Of a stretch of 64,000 nt of DNA, positions 1 through 8,610 are shown in pieces. Each line of letters starts with the position of its first letter. Positions within the stretch are counted from its first letter, which is position 1. The DNA is taken from NCBI GenBank assembly GCA_030672305.1, contig DAOVGR010000047.1, forward strand, positions 17-64,016, read 5' to 3'. The notes under the pieces are model-generated. The model ran no database searches. It had not been told where the DNA came from and saw only the letters and a program-made list of their open reading frames with translations. This DNA is from Thermoplasmatales archaeon. Lineage in GTDB: Archaea; Thermoplasmatota; E2; DHVEG-1. The position numbers and the translations under genes were made by a program.

Positions 1-573
1 TTAAAAGACACTGGAGAAACCGTAAACATTACTGTTCCTTCAGGTTGGTTGAAAATTCAGCAACTTCATTTGTTTAATATTCAGAAAGGAACTAATACAA
101 TTACAGTTGATATTGATCTGGAAAACTCTATTCATACTTTTCATGGAGGGGAGGAATATAAATTCATACCTGTTTTAAGCAGAATTGAACAACATCATGG
201 AACGATGTCACAGTTCCGTGAGCACAACCGTAGCAGAATTAGAAACATGGTTGGAAATAGAGCTCCAGCAATTGATATTCTTGTTAATGATACTCTGGTG
301 AAGAAAAACGCTTGGGTAAACGCTAATGAGAGCACAGAATTTAACGCATCTGCTACTCTTGATATAGAGGGGGATGATTTAATATTTACATGGGATTTCG
401 GAGATGAGACAACTGACACGGGAGCTATTGTAAATCATAGTTTTGATGATTCAAAGAAACTTTATAAAGTGACTCTAACAGTTAGCGATGGAACAGATGA
501 AGCAATAGCAATTATAACTATCAATGTTCATGTAAGCAATCAGAATAATGGACAGGGAAACGGACAGGGCTAA
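1..573 (+). CDS. PKD-domain secreted/surface protein, C-terminal part (5' end lies outside the window)
   Basis: Frame 1 is open from base 1, with no stop before the listed Met at 49. The C-terminal ~80 aa show the PKD pattern FNASATLDIEGDDLIFTWDFGDETTDTG...YKVTLTVSDG. The protein ends in an NGQGNGQG tail. Confidence 0.7.
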   Translation, partial: LKDTGETVNITVPSGWLKIQQLHLFNIQKGTNTITVDIDLENSIHTFHGGEEYKFIPVLSRIEQHHGTMSQFREHNRSRIRNMVGNRAPAIDILVNDTLVKKNAWVNANESTEFNASATLDIEGDDLIFTWDFGDETTDTGAIVNHSFDDSKKLYKVTLTVSDGTDEAIAIITINVHVSNQNNGQGNGQG

Positions 574-682
574 AAAAAGTTGGTAACCCATCTCCTTTTT
601 CTCTTTTTCAAAACTAGTAAAGACTTTGTAGATTATTCTTTTGGACAAAAGAAAGAATTAGGGGAGTGCTATATTATCAGTT

Positions 683-1567
683 CTAGAACTCCCAGTTGTC
701 AGGATAATTGTCAAATAGTTTTGGATGTTGATTATCACTGGTGTAATCTATTACATTTGGCTCAGCGTCAGCATAGGCATCTTCAACATTATGGTATGCT
801 GAAAGCCCTTCCATAAAGTAGTAGGTGAAGACACCGTGTTGCAAGTCGGATGTTTCCCAAGAAAGCTCTTCTTCTCCGCAAGCGGTAGTTATCACTCTAC
901 CTGTTCCGCTAAGATCATTCATCCCACCTGAATAACAGCTATCAAAAGTGAATGATATTTTCTGCGAATCAAAATCGGAAAACTTCGTTCTGAGCTGTCC
1001 ATCGAGAATCAGGTATAAATCTGCTGATACAATTGTTTCATCGGTATACTCTGTATCACCATCATCGTAACCATCATACGTTGTGCCGTGTCCACTGTAG
1101 AAGAATACGACCTCTGAATCTGATCCTTCCCAGGAGTTCAGCCAGTCTATCGCAGCCATTATTTTCTTGGCTTTTGCATCACCATCTAGTAAGAGTTTTA
1201 TGTTGCCCTCTGGATAGCCTTTAGCTATAAGATAATTGTACATGTCCTGTGCATCATCATCACAGTACTGCAGATCATACTGTTTGCCTCTATAATCTGA
1301 GATACCAATTACAACGGCCCATTTATCTACCGATGGATCTGGCTCTGGATCATTATTTTTCGGCGGCTTATTTCCTTGACCAGGTGGATCACCGTGAGGA
1401 TTGCCTTTCTTCGTCTCTCCCTCCTTGTATACTTCTTTAGGTCCCGTATATTCTTTCTCTTCGTCGAACGATGTGTTTGTCTCTGATATTAACGTTGGAA
1501 TTGCTGATAGAATCATCACTGCTGCCATTCCAATACACATGCCTATTATTAGTATATTTTTATTCAT
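683..1567 (-). CDS. Secreted or membrane-anchored clan CD caspase-fold cysteine peptidase (C14 metacaspase/orthocaspase-like)
   Basis: N-terminal hydrophobic signal/anchor (ILIIGMCIGMAAVMILSAIP) followed by a Pro/Asp-rich linker. Caspase p20-like core: KWAVVIGISDY...DDDAQDMYNYL, catalytic His context FFYSGHG and catalytic Cys context FDSCYSGG. Confidence 0.7.
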   Translation of the reverse strand: MNKNILIIGMCIGMAAVMILSAIPTLISETNTSFDEEKEYTGPKEVYKEGETKKGNPHGDPPGQGNKPPKNNDPEPDPSVDKWAVVIGISDYRGKQYDLQYCDDDAQDMYNYLIAKGYPEGNIKLLLDGDAKAKKIMAAIDWLNSWEGSDSEVVFFYSGHGTTYDGYDDGDTEYTDETIVSADLYLILDGQLRTKFSDFDSQKISFTFDSCYSGGMNDLSGTGRVITTACGEEELSWETSDLQHGVFTYYFMEGLSAYHNVEDAYADAEPNVIDYTSDNQHPKLFDNYPDNWEF

Positions 1568-1688
1568 ATCATATCACCTTATTTTCGTTATAATAAAGTA
1601 GGCTTTATTTTAAATTATCGGTAAGATTTTATTTTAATCTATATTTTTCTTGTATTACAACTAACAAAAAAACTTGTTTTTCAATACA

Positions 1689-1696
1689 TTTATATA
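1689..1696 (+). promoter_or_regulatory. Archaeal TATA box (TTTATATA) preceded by an A-rich BRE-like stretch, upstream of the HTH gene
   Basis: TTTATATA at 1689-1696 lies ~23 nt upstream of ATG 1719 (TTG 1716). That spacing fits a leaderless or very short-leader archaeal transcript. Confidence 0.45.
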
Positions 1697-1715
1697 CAAG
1701 TTTTAGCGGATTCAA

Positions 1716-2438
1716 TTGATGGTAGCCAATAAACTTACAAAAGAGAACTGTGAAAGGATTGCTAAACTAATAGAAGAAGGACATCAGATAAAGGATCTCG
1801 CAAAAAAATATGGTGTTGATAGAAGTACGATTTATAACCGATGTAAATATCTCTACAAATCAAGAAAAATCCCAATAGAAACAAAGAATAAGGTTATCAA
1901 AGCAATACAAAATGGTTACACCAAAGCTGAAGCAGCACAACTTTATGGTTTAAACATTGGAACTGTCATCAATTTCACAAAAGGCATAAATGGATACAGG
2001 TCTCAGGGGAATCATATTGTTAGAAAAAATGGGATTACACTACTTAATAGGTTAATGAATGATGGTTACTTGATTACTGATTTTGTAGTATCAACAGCTC
2101 GTAATCTTCAGATGAAGTTTCCGACAATAAGAAGTGCCCGTTACAAGGATAAAACATTCTTCTATCTACCAGGTCGAGAAGAACAAACCATTGAAGCATT
2201 CTTTAAAGAAAAGCCAGATCGAATAATATCTTATAGCGCTATAGAAGAACTTTCTTATCTTCTTGGTGTAAAGATTTCCAATAAAGATCAACGAAACCTG
2301 TTAGAGAAGTTCAAAAAGAAACATGATGATTATTGGAATAGTAGAAGACTCATACAGAGAAGTATAGATGATTGGGTTGATGAACCACAACCATCTGAAA
2401 TAAGTTTTAGATTGATACCAAAACAAGGAGAATGGTGA
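1716..2438 (+). CDS. DNA-binding protein with two helix-turn-helix motifs (resolvase/transposase-type HTH); accessory gene of the mobile module
   Basis: HTH 1: IKDLAKKYGVDRSTIYNRCK. HTH 2: YTKAEAAQLYGLNIGTVINFTKG. The rest of the 240 aa has no motif I recognise. ATG at 1719 immediately follows TTG 1716. Confidence 0.6.
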   Translation: MMVANKLTKENCERIAKLIEEGHQIKDLAKKYGVDRSTIYNRCKYLYKSRKIPIETKNKVIKAIQNGYTKAEAAQLYGLNIGTVINFTKGINGYRSQGNHIVRKNGITLLNRLMNDGYLITDFVVSTARNLQMKFPTIRSARYKDKTFFYLPGREEQTIEAFFKEKPDRIISYSAIEELSYLLGVKISNKDQRNLLEKFKKKHDDYWNSRRLIQRSIDDWVDEPQPSEISFRLIPKQGEW

Positions 2439-2458
2439 TATTAAGGAGGCTTGTTATT

Positions 2459-5236
2459 ATGAAGGACGTTATCATCAATACAAAAGCTGTAGTGGCATTT
2501 ACCCGCTGTCCCAGAAAAGCATTTTTTCTTCTTTTTAGTAAAGACAAAGGAAAAAACCATCAATATATGCATATTCTTGAAAAACAGAGGAGAATTAATC
2601 GGAAAAGGTATCTTGATTCTATCAAAAGAGACAATATAAGCATAAGTTTCTATGAGGCTAATGATATTGATAAAAACAGTGATTTTCTAATCGAAGCGAC
2701 ACTCAAAACTCATGATTTTGAAGCTTATTGTGATGTTATAACAAAGGCACCAAGCAGCTCATCTTCTGGTAGACATCATTACGAACCAACAATTGTCATT
2801 GGAACATATACTATTATGAAAGAGCAGGAAATCGAGTTAGCGTTCGCTGGATATGTCCTGAGATACATGCAGAAGATACTTCCTGCAGTTGGAAACATTG
2901 TTGATGCAAATAGCGATATTCATAGAGTAAAGCTTGATAATTATTATAAGAAACTCAGACCAATCATCAAAACTTTGAAAGAATGGATATCAATATCCTC
3001 TCCAGAACAACCACCAGTTATTTTGAACCGTAATTGCCCATCCTGTCAATTTCGAGATACATGCAGAAAAAAGGCTGAAGAAGATGATGATCTTAGTCTC
3101 TTAGATAGGATGACATCAAAGCTTATTCCCAAGTATCACAAGAAAGGAATCTTTACAGTCACTCAGCTCTCCTATCTGTTTAAACCAAGAAGAAAACGAA
3201 AGAGAACGAAAAATGCAAATTTACATTTCAAACCAGAGTTACAAGCTTTAGCGATACGAACAGAAAAAATATACATTCAAGAACTCCCAGACATTTCTAG
3301 GCACCATGTAGAGCTATTTTTAGACATCGAAGGTATTCCCGACCAAAGCTTCTACTACTTGATCGGTCTGCTAATATGCAATAGTAATACCAACTCGCAT
3401 TATTCCTTCTGGGCAAATACTATCCAAGACGAAGAGTGTATTTGGAAGGAGTTTCTTAGAGAGATAAACAAATATCCAGAAGCCCCAATTTATCATTATG
3501 GTAGTTTTGAACCAAAAACAATCGATAAATTGATAAAAAGATACCAGACAAGTGATGTGATTAAAGAGCGTTTGGTAAACATCAATTCGTTCATCTATGG
3601 GCAGACATATTTTCCAACAAGGTCAAACAATCTGAAAGATTTGGGTAAATTCATAGACGCATCTTGGAGTGCACCTGAAGCTTCTGGACTGCAGAGTCTT
3701 GTTTGGCGGTATCGGTGGGAAGAGACAAGAAATGACAATTACAAACAGACGTTGGTTACGTACAATAAAGAGGACTGTAAAGCCCTACAGTTATTAACTG
3801 ACTACCTTACCAAAATAAAAGAAACTGCCGATTCCCAGGAGAACATTGATTTTGCTAATAAGCCAAAACAAAACACAACGGAAAGAGGCGATAATGTCCA
3901 TAGAGAACTTGAACATATCCTTAAAACTGCACATGCCAACTATCATCAAAACCGAATAAGCATTCAGTCAAAAGAAAAAGTTGACGAAATTGCTGAAATA
4001 AAGAAACGTGGGGCGCCGAAAGGCCATCAGGGATACATAAGATTAATTCCTTCAAAAGTGGGAAAAACTATCAGAGTGCCGATGAGAAGAAAATGTCCAA
4101 AACATAACGGGGAATCTCTTCAAAAAACAGAGAAAATGGCTGAAAAAATCATAATTGATCTTCACTTTACAAAAAACGGTTTGAAAAAAACTGTTACAAA
4201 GTACAAAGGAACAAAAGGTTATTGCAAGAAGTGTTACAAGCATTACAATCCCCGCATGATTAAAAAATTCCACAATCAACAATTATTTGGACATGGTTTC
4301 AAATCATTTGCAATATACAGCAGAATGGTTCTTAGATTACCGTATCGTATTATCAATCAAACAATTGAGGATATATTTGGTGAGAGAATGAGCTCAACCG
4401 CTATTATGGGTTTCATCAGACAATTTGCCCAATATTATACATCAACAGAAAAGATTTTAGTTAAACGCATCCTTGAAAGCCCTTTTGTTCATGTTGATGA
4501 AACACGCATTAGCATAGATGGCACAGAACAATACATTTGGGTGTTTACAGATGGGAAACATGTTGTATTTAGATTAACTGAAACACGGGAAACTACAGTT
4601 GTTCATGAATTTCTTTCTGGTTATGAAGGTGTGCTAATATCTGATTTCTATCCTGGTTATGACTCGATAAAGTGCCAGCAGCAAAAATGTTGGGTTCATC
4701 TTATTCGTGATCTTAATGATGATCTATGGAAATCACCATTCAACACCGAATTTGAAACATTTGTTTTCGAGGTGAAAACCCTGATCACACCTATTTTTCA
4801 AACAATCGGAAAATATGGATCAAAGAAATGGCATCTCAACAAGTTTAAAAAATCGGTAGAACAATTCTATAAAAAAAACATAATCGATAAGGACTATGAA
4901 TCCGAAATAACCAGAAAATATCAAAAACGTTTTAGGAGATATAAAGAAGGTTTATTCACTTTCCTTGATCAAGATTTTATACCTTGGAACAATAATACTG
5001 CAGAAAGAGCAATAAGGCATCTTGCGGTACAAAGAAAGATCTCTGGAAGATTCTTTGAAGATATTACTCATAAATACCTTCTATTATTGGGTATTGCACA
5101 GACCTGTAAATTTCAAGATAAATCATTTCTCAAATTTCTTATATCTAAGGAGAAAGATGTTGATAAATTTAAATCCCCGAAACATCAAAAATATTCAAAG
5201 CCAGTTACCACCAATTGGACGGGAAAAAAGAGTTAG
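2459..5236 (+). CDS. Fusion protein: Cas4/RecB-like PD-(D/E)xK nuclease + RNase H-like domain (TM0106-type) + IS66-family DDE transposase
   Basis: Residues are numbered from the alternative upstream ATG at 2432.
- Nuclease module: Cys26 (FTRCPRK) plus C202-x2-C205-x5-C211 (CPSCQFRDTC), which is a Cas4/AddB-type four-Cys signature; also D101, E118 and K130-Q132...Y141.
- RNase H-like part: VELFLDIEGIP, YHYGSFE, YNKEDC.
- IS66 part: KKRGAPKGHQGY, zinc finger CPKH...CKKC, VHVDETRISIDG, LISDFYPGYD, CWVHLIRDL, NNNTAERAIRHLAVQRK.

AAGGAGG sits 9 nt upstream of ATG 2459, so that start is preferred. Confidence 0.8.
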   Translation: MKDVIINTKAVVAFTRCPRKAFFLLFSKDKGKNHQYMHILEKQRRINRKRYLDSIKRDNISISFYEANDIDKNSDFLIEATLKTHDFEAYCDVITKAPSSSSSGRHHYEPTIVIGTYTIMKEQEIELAFAGYVLRYMQKILPAVGNIVDANSDIHRVKLDNYYKKLRPIIKTLKEWISISSPEQPPVILNRNCPSCQFRDTCRKKAEEDDDLSLLDRMTSKLIPKYHKKGIFTVTQLSYLFKPRRKRKRTKNANLHFKPELQALAIRTEKIYIQELPDISRHHVELFLDIEGIPDQSFYYLIGLLICNSNTNSHYSFWANTIQDEECIWKEFLREINKYPEAPIYHYGSFEPKTIDKLIKRYQTSDVIKERLVNINSFIYGQTYFPTRSNNLKDLGKFIDASWSAPEASGLQSLVWRYRWEETRNDNYKQTLVTYNKEDCKALQLLTDYLTKIKETADSQENIDFANKPKQNTTERGDNVHRELEHILKTAHANYHQNRISIQSKEKVDEIAEIKKRGAPKGHQGYIRLIPSKVGKTIRVPMRRKCPKHNGESLQKTEKMAEKIIIDLHFTKNGLKKTVTKYKGTKGYCKKCYKHYNPRMIKKFHNQQLFGHGFKSFAIYSRMVLRLPYRIINQTIEDIFGERMSSTAIMGFIRQFAQYYTSTEKILVKRILESPFVHVDETRISIDGTEQYIWVFTDGKHVVFRLTETRETTVVHEFLSGYEGVLISDFYPGYDSIKCQQQKCWVHLIRDLNDDLWKSPFNTEFETFVFEVKTLITPIFQTIGKYGSKKWHLNKFKKSVEQFYKKNIIDKDYESEITRKYQKRFRRYKEGLFTFLDQDFIPWNNNTAERAIRHLAVQRKISGRFFEDITHKYLLLLGIAQTCKFQDKSFLKFLISKEKDVDKFKSPKHQKYSKPVTTNWTGKKS

Positions 5237-5512
5237 TCAATTTAGATATAAATAAACAACTTTTTCAATAATAACTCATAAGAATGTTAGCTGATAAATA
5301 CTTAATATCTCCAGCTTACTCTTTTCATTATAGCAAAATCACTTTCCTTCTCATATTTATGTCTTCCAACATGATAAAATTCACTTAGTTCTTTTGCTTA
5401 ATTCTCTCCTGTTGAACCTTTATTCTTTCTCTTTTTTTTACCTTAGCAAATAACCATTTCATTTCCTTGGCGTTTTTCTTTATAAAAAACTCATTTTTTC
5501 CTTGAGAGGTTT

Positions 5513-6661
5513 TTGCAATTTCTCTCCAGTTGGAGTATGTTTCTTTGGCATTTTTTTACATTCGGAAGTACTGTTTTAGGTGCACCTGATGAAGATATGG
5601 CTCTATCAGTTCTTCCCGCTCATTCATTATTATTAGAAGGTAAGGGCTATGAAGCAGTTGCTCTCTCTGCTTTGGGGAGTTATGGTGCTATTCTATTTTG
5701 TTTTCTACTATTATACCCAATCCGTTTTATTATTGGAAATCCTCTGTTTTTTTATGAGTCCTTAAGAGAAATTATGTTATTTGTTTTACTTGCTATCTCA
5801 ATTCTTATGATTGCAACTGAAAAGGCAAAGATTGATGATTTTGGAAAAAAGGGTAAAATACCAGCTGTAATTGGAATGTTATTTGCTCTTTATGTTTTTT
5901 TTCTTTCTGGCATTTTTGGTATTGTTATTTTTGAGGTACCAGTTGATTCTCCAATAGGGCTTTCTTCTCCTGTTTTATTTCCAGCACTTGCAGGACTTTT
6001 TGGGACTCCTACACTTTTAACATCACTTATGACAAAACCAGTGATACCAAAACAAGAAATAAAAGAACTTACTTTAGATAAAAAAACTAAGAAATCATCC
6101 ATTTTATCTATTACAACTGGCAGTCTTGGTGGAATTCTTGTTTCGATTATTCCTGGTATAACTTCTGCAACCGGAACTATACTTGCAATGAATGCTAGAG
6201 GAGAATCAGATAAGAGACAGACAATAATAACGCTTTCAGCTGTTAATACTGCTTGTGCATTCTTTGTCGTAGTGGTTATGTTTATTATTCTAAGATCTAG
6301 AAGTGGTGCAACTCTTGCAGCTATGGAACTTATGTCTGTTGCTGAATGGACTACAATAATTCTTCCGACAAATCTATGTTATTTTTTAATTTCGCTTCTT
6401 TTAGGAGGTACACTTTCTTATTTTTTAACATTAAAAGTTGGTAAAATTTTTGCAAAAAGATTTGCAAATGTACCTTATGCTTTAATTGTAAAACTAACAA
6501 TTTCAATGATAATCATTCTTGTTTTGCTTTTTACAGGACTTGCGGGCATACTAATTCTTATAGTTGCAACATTAATAGGGCTTCTACCTGTTGAATGGGG
6601 TGTAAGAAGGAGTCACTGTATGGGCATACTATTAATTCCAATAATTCTTTATTTTCTCTGA
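5513..6661 (+). CDS. TctA/DUF112-family integral membrane protein (N-terminus uncertain, possibly degraded)
   Basis: Multi-TM protein with the family-typical segment LGAPDEDMALSVLPAHSLLLEGKGYEAV. The listed start is TTG. Upstream DNA gives hydrophobic translations broken by a stop at 5451 and a frame change. Confidence 0.6.
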   Translation: MQFLSSWSMFLWHFFTFGSTVLGAPDEDMALSVLPAHSLLLEGKGYEAVALSALGSYGAILFCFLLLYPIRFIIGNPLFFYESLREIMLFVLLAISILMIATEKAKIDDFGKKGKIPAVIGMLFALYVFFLSGIFGIVIFEVPVDSPIGLSSPVLFPALAGLFGTPTLLTSLMTKPVIPKQEIKELTLDKKTKKSSILSITTGSLGGILVSIIPGITSATGTILAMNARGESDKRQTIITLSAVNTACAFFVVVVMFIILRSRSGATLAAMELMSVAEWTTIILPTNLCYFLISLLLGGTLSYFLTLKVGKIFAKRFANVPYALIVKLTISMIIILVLLFTGLAGILILIVATLIGLLPVEWGVRRSHCMGILLIPIILYFL

Positions 6662-7153
6662 TTAATTATTCTTTAATATTAAATCTTCAATTTTTTCATA
6701 AAAATCATCAAAATTAATGTTATATTCCGTCCCAATAAGAAGCGCTGAAACTTCTTCTGTTATGTTTTTCTCTTTTGCCAATATATTTATTAATTCACTA
6801 AGCGCAACTGCATCAAGATTTGTATTTTCAACTAATAGTTTAATTATTTTATCTAAAACAGATTCCTTCTTTTCATTATGTTTATCAACTTCTTTTATTT
6901 TAAAGACTTGTTCAGATGGGGTAAAACCAACTGGTACAATTGTTTTTTCATAGCCAAAATTAGGTTTGATCAGAGTATCATTTTTTATCAATAAATCCTC
7001 TTTTAATGCTAGATTTATAAACGCTTTAGCATCGTCAGGTGTGAACCAATTCAAATCCATTGAAAGAGCAAGATAAAGATCAGAAAACTTAAGCGACTCT
7101 TTTCCACTTCTTTTGAATAAAAAGGAGATTATTATTTCTCTTTCAGAATCCAT
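6662..7153 (-). CDS. Conserved archaeal hypothetical protein (possibly DUF2240-like)
   Basis: 163-aa ORF overlapping the upstream gene by 11 nt, which indicates an operon. The family name is from memory only. Confidence 0.4.
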   Translation of the reverse strand: MDSEREIIISFLFKRSGKESLKFSDLYLALSMDLNWFTPDDAKAFINLALKEDLLIKNDTLIKPNFGYEKTIVPVGFTPSEQVFKIKEVDKHNEKKESVLDKIIKLLVENTNLDAVALSELINILAKEKNITEEVSALLIGTEYNINFDDFYEKIEDLILKNN

Positions 7154-7733
7154 TTCTAAACTCCTTTATCTTGTCAAAGTCAACCAATACTCCTTTAATG
7201 GCAAATCCCTTCCAATAAGAAATATTTCTTAAATCCGACTCATAAGTATAAATCTTTTTTTTCATGCTAATTGTTTTTAAATAATCACTATCTTGGAAGC
7301 TAGATTCTATTTTTTCTCTTGTATAGAAATTTACGAAACCATCTATTTGTTGTTTATGTACATCTTTAAAATCATATTTGCCTTTATATTCAAAATCAAC
7401 ATTAGTAAAAATTTTATTTTCAGTTATATCTTTTATATCTGATATCTCTATATTTGACCAAAGTGGTTTTCTTAATGTTATTGTATTAGCTCCTGCCATA
7501 ACTGCATCAACAACATCACCTAGATTTCTTGGACCAAAGTCGACCCACAGGTCATAAGAGCTAGACAGCCTTTGAAAGGTGCAAAAATTTGGCTTATCTT
7601 TTTCTATTCCGTCTAAATCTAAAATGTAGATTTTTTCATTTTCATTTATTTCTTTTAAAACATCTTTTAAAAAAGATTCTGGATGACCTAGAATTTTTCT
7701 TTTTTTTAGCTTTATAAGAGGGATAATCTCCAT
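7143..7733 (-). CDS. HisA/HisF-related TIM-barrel-like protein (uncharacterised proFAR-isomerase-related family)
   Basis: IYILDLDGIEKDKPN and GANTITLRK resemble HisA-type strand and phosphate-binding motifs. At 196 aa it is too short and divergent to be a true HisA. Confidence 0.45.
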   Translation of the reverse strand: MEIIPLIKLKKRKILGHPESFLKDVLKEINENEKIYILDLDGIEKDKPNFCTFQRLSSSYDLWVDFGPRNLGDVVDAVMAGANTITLRKPLWSNIEISDIKDITENKIFTNVDFEYKGKYDFKDVHKQQIDGFVNFYTREKIESSFQDSDYLKTISMKKKIYTYESDLRNISYWKGFAIKGVLVDFDKIKEFRNGF

Positions 7734-7995
7734 GAGCCTACAAAGAACTAACAGTAATAAAGGTTTTTCAAACAGTACATCTGATTGTAAAAAATGAGAA
7801 AGAACGAGTAATATACAGGAGAGAATCGGGTAAAAGAACTATGCAGTTTTTGTACATTAAATCGATATAAGTCTTTGAAGGAATGGGATTTATTGTTGAA
7901 ACCTCGAAAAATATTATTTTTTTTACATGAATGCCCTTTTTGCAATATATTTAAATATTTTAACAATAAATATCCCTAAGGAGCTGATTAATTAC

Positions 7996-8532
7996 ATGAA
8001 TAATCAAAATAATGCACAAAATTCAAATATTGAAGGAAAAATTCTAAAAGAACTTCAAAAAAACTGCAGATTGAATCTCGATGAAATTGGAAAAAAATGT
8101 GGGTGTTCAAGATATAAAGTAGCAAGAATTATGAAAAAATTAGAGGAGAATAATATAATAGTAGGTTATTCAGCAGTAATAAATCCTACAAAAACTAATC
8201 TCAGTTATTTTATCCTTCTTGTTAAAAGAACGTCTCATCCCTTTGATGAAGATATGATAAAAAAGATTCCTTTTACGCGTGAAGTTGATTTTGTACCAAA
8301 TGTTAATGTTAACAGCATAGCTACTCTATATGTTCATGGTACTTTTGATTGGGTTCTGGCTTTTACAGCACCTAATATTGCTGATGCAAAAGAGTTTTGT
8401 AATAAAATTTTCAAATATTATAGTAAATATATTGAAAGTTTAGAACTTCTAACAATAGTAGCACCTTTTAGAATGAATGGATTTATAATGGCTTCAAATG
8501 AAGAAGTTAAGGAAATGACAAAGATTTTATAA
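7996..8532 (+). CDS. Lrp/AsnC-family transcriptional regulator
   Basis: HTH segment ILKELQKNCRLNLDEIGKKCGCSRYKVARIMKKLEENNIIVGYSA followed by an RAM-like C-terminal domain. GGAG lies ~11 nt upstream of ATG 7996; the longer ORF from 7927 is unlikely. Confidence 0.75.
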   Translation: MNNQNNAQNSNIEGKILKELQKNCRLNLDEIGKKCGCSRYKVARIMKKLEENNIIVGYSAVINPTKTNLSYFILLVKRTSHPFDEDMIKKIPFTREVDFVPNVNVNSIATLYVHGTFDWVLAFTAPNIADAKEFCNKIFKYYSKYIESLELLTIVAPFRMNGFIMASNEEVKEMTKIL

Positions 8533-8610
8533 AAGTAGGATTAGAAAAATATTTAAAATTACTTCCGGAACTACTGAAAAACAATAAAAAAGAAAAAGAG
8601 ATTAAATATT

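Larger units (their letters stand above)
1716..5236 (+). mobile_element. Core of an atypical IS66-related element (HTH gene plus nuclease-transposase fusion gene); element ends unresolved
   Basis: Two co-oriented genes separated by 20 nt (or overlapping by 7 nt if ATG 2432 is used). The second gene carries full IS66-type DDE transposase motifs. Candidate GTAAG termini at 1621-1625 and inverted at 5315-5319 are weak, and no target-site duplication was seen. Confidence 0.5.

Noticed and set aside
683-5236. The idea that the caspase-like peptidase and the nuclease-transposase form one defence-type system.
   Set aside because: The peptidase is on the opposite strand and has an export signal, so it acts outside the cell. 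It is also separated from the module by the module's own promoter. Adjacency alone does not support a functional link.
1677-5270. 10-bp direct repeat TTTTTCAATA on both sides of the HTH/transposase gene pair (1677-1686 and 5261-5270).
   Set aside because: It is too short and too AT-rich to be distinguished from chance. The left copy also overlaps the promoter region of the HTH gene.
1621-5319. Possible IS66-style GTAAG termini: GTAAGATTTT at 1621 and inverted GTAAGCTGGA at 5319.
   Set aside because: Only the first 5 nt match cleanly, and the rest aligns poorly (at best ~9 of 12 with a gap) in AT-rich DNA. The 8-bp flanks (AATTATCG versus TCTTTTCA) are not a target duplication. I kept it only as a hypothesis to test with additional copies.
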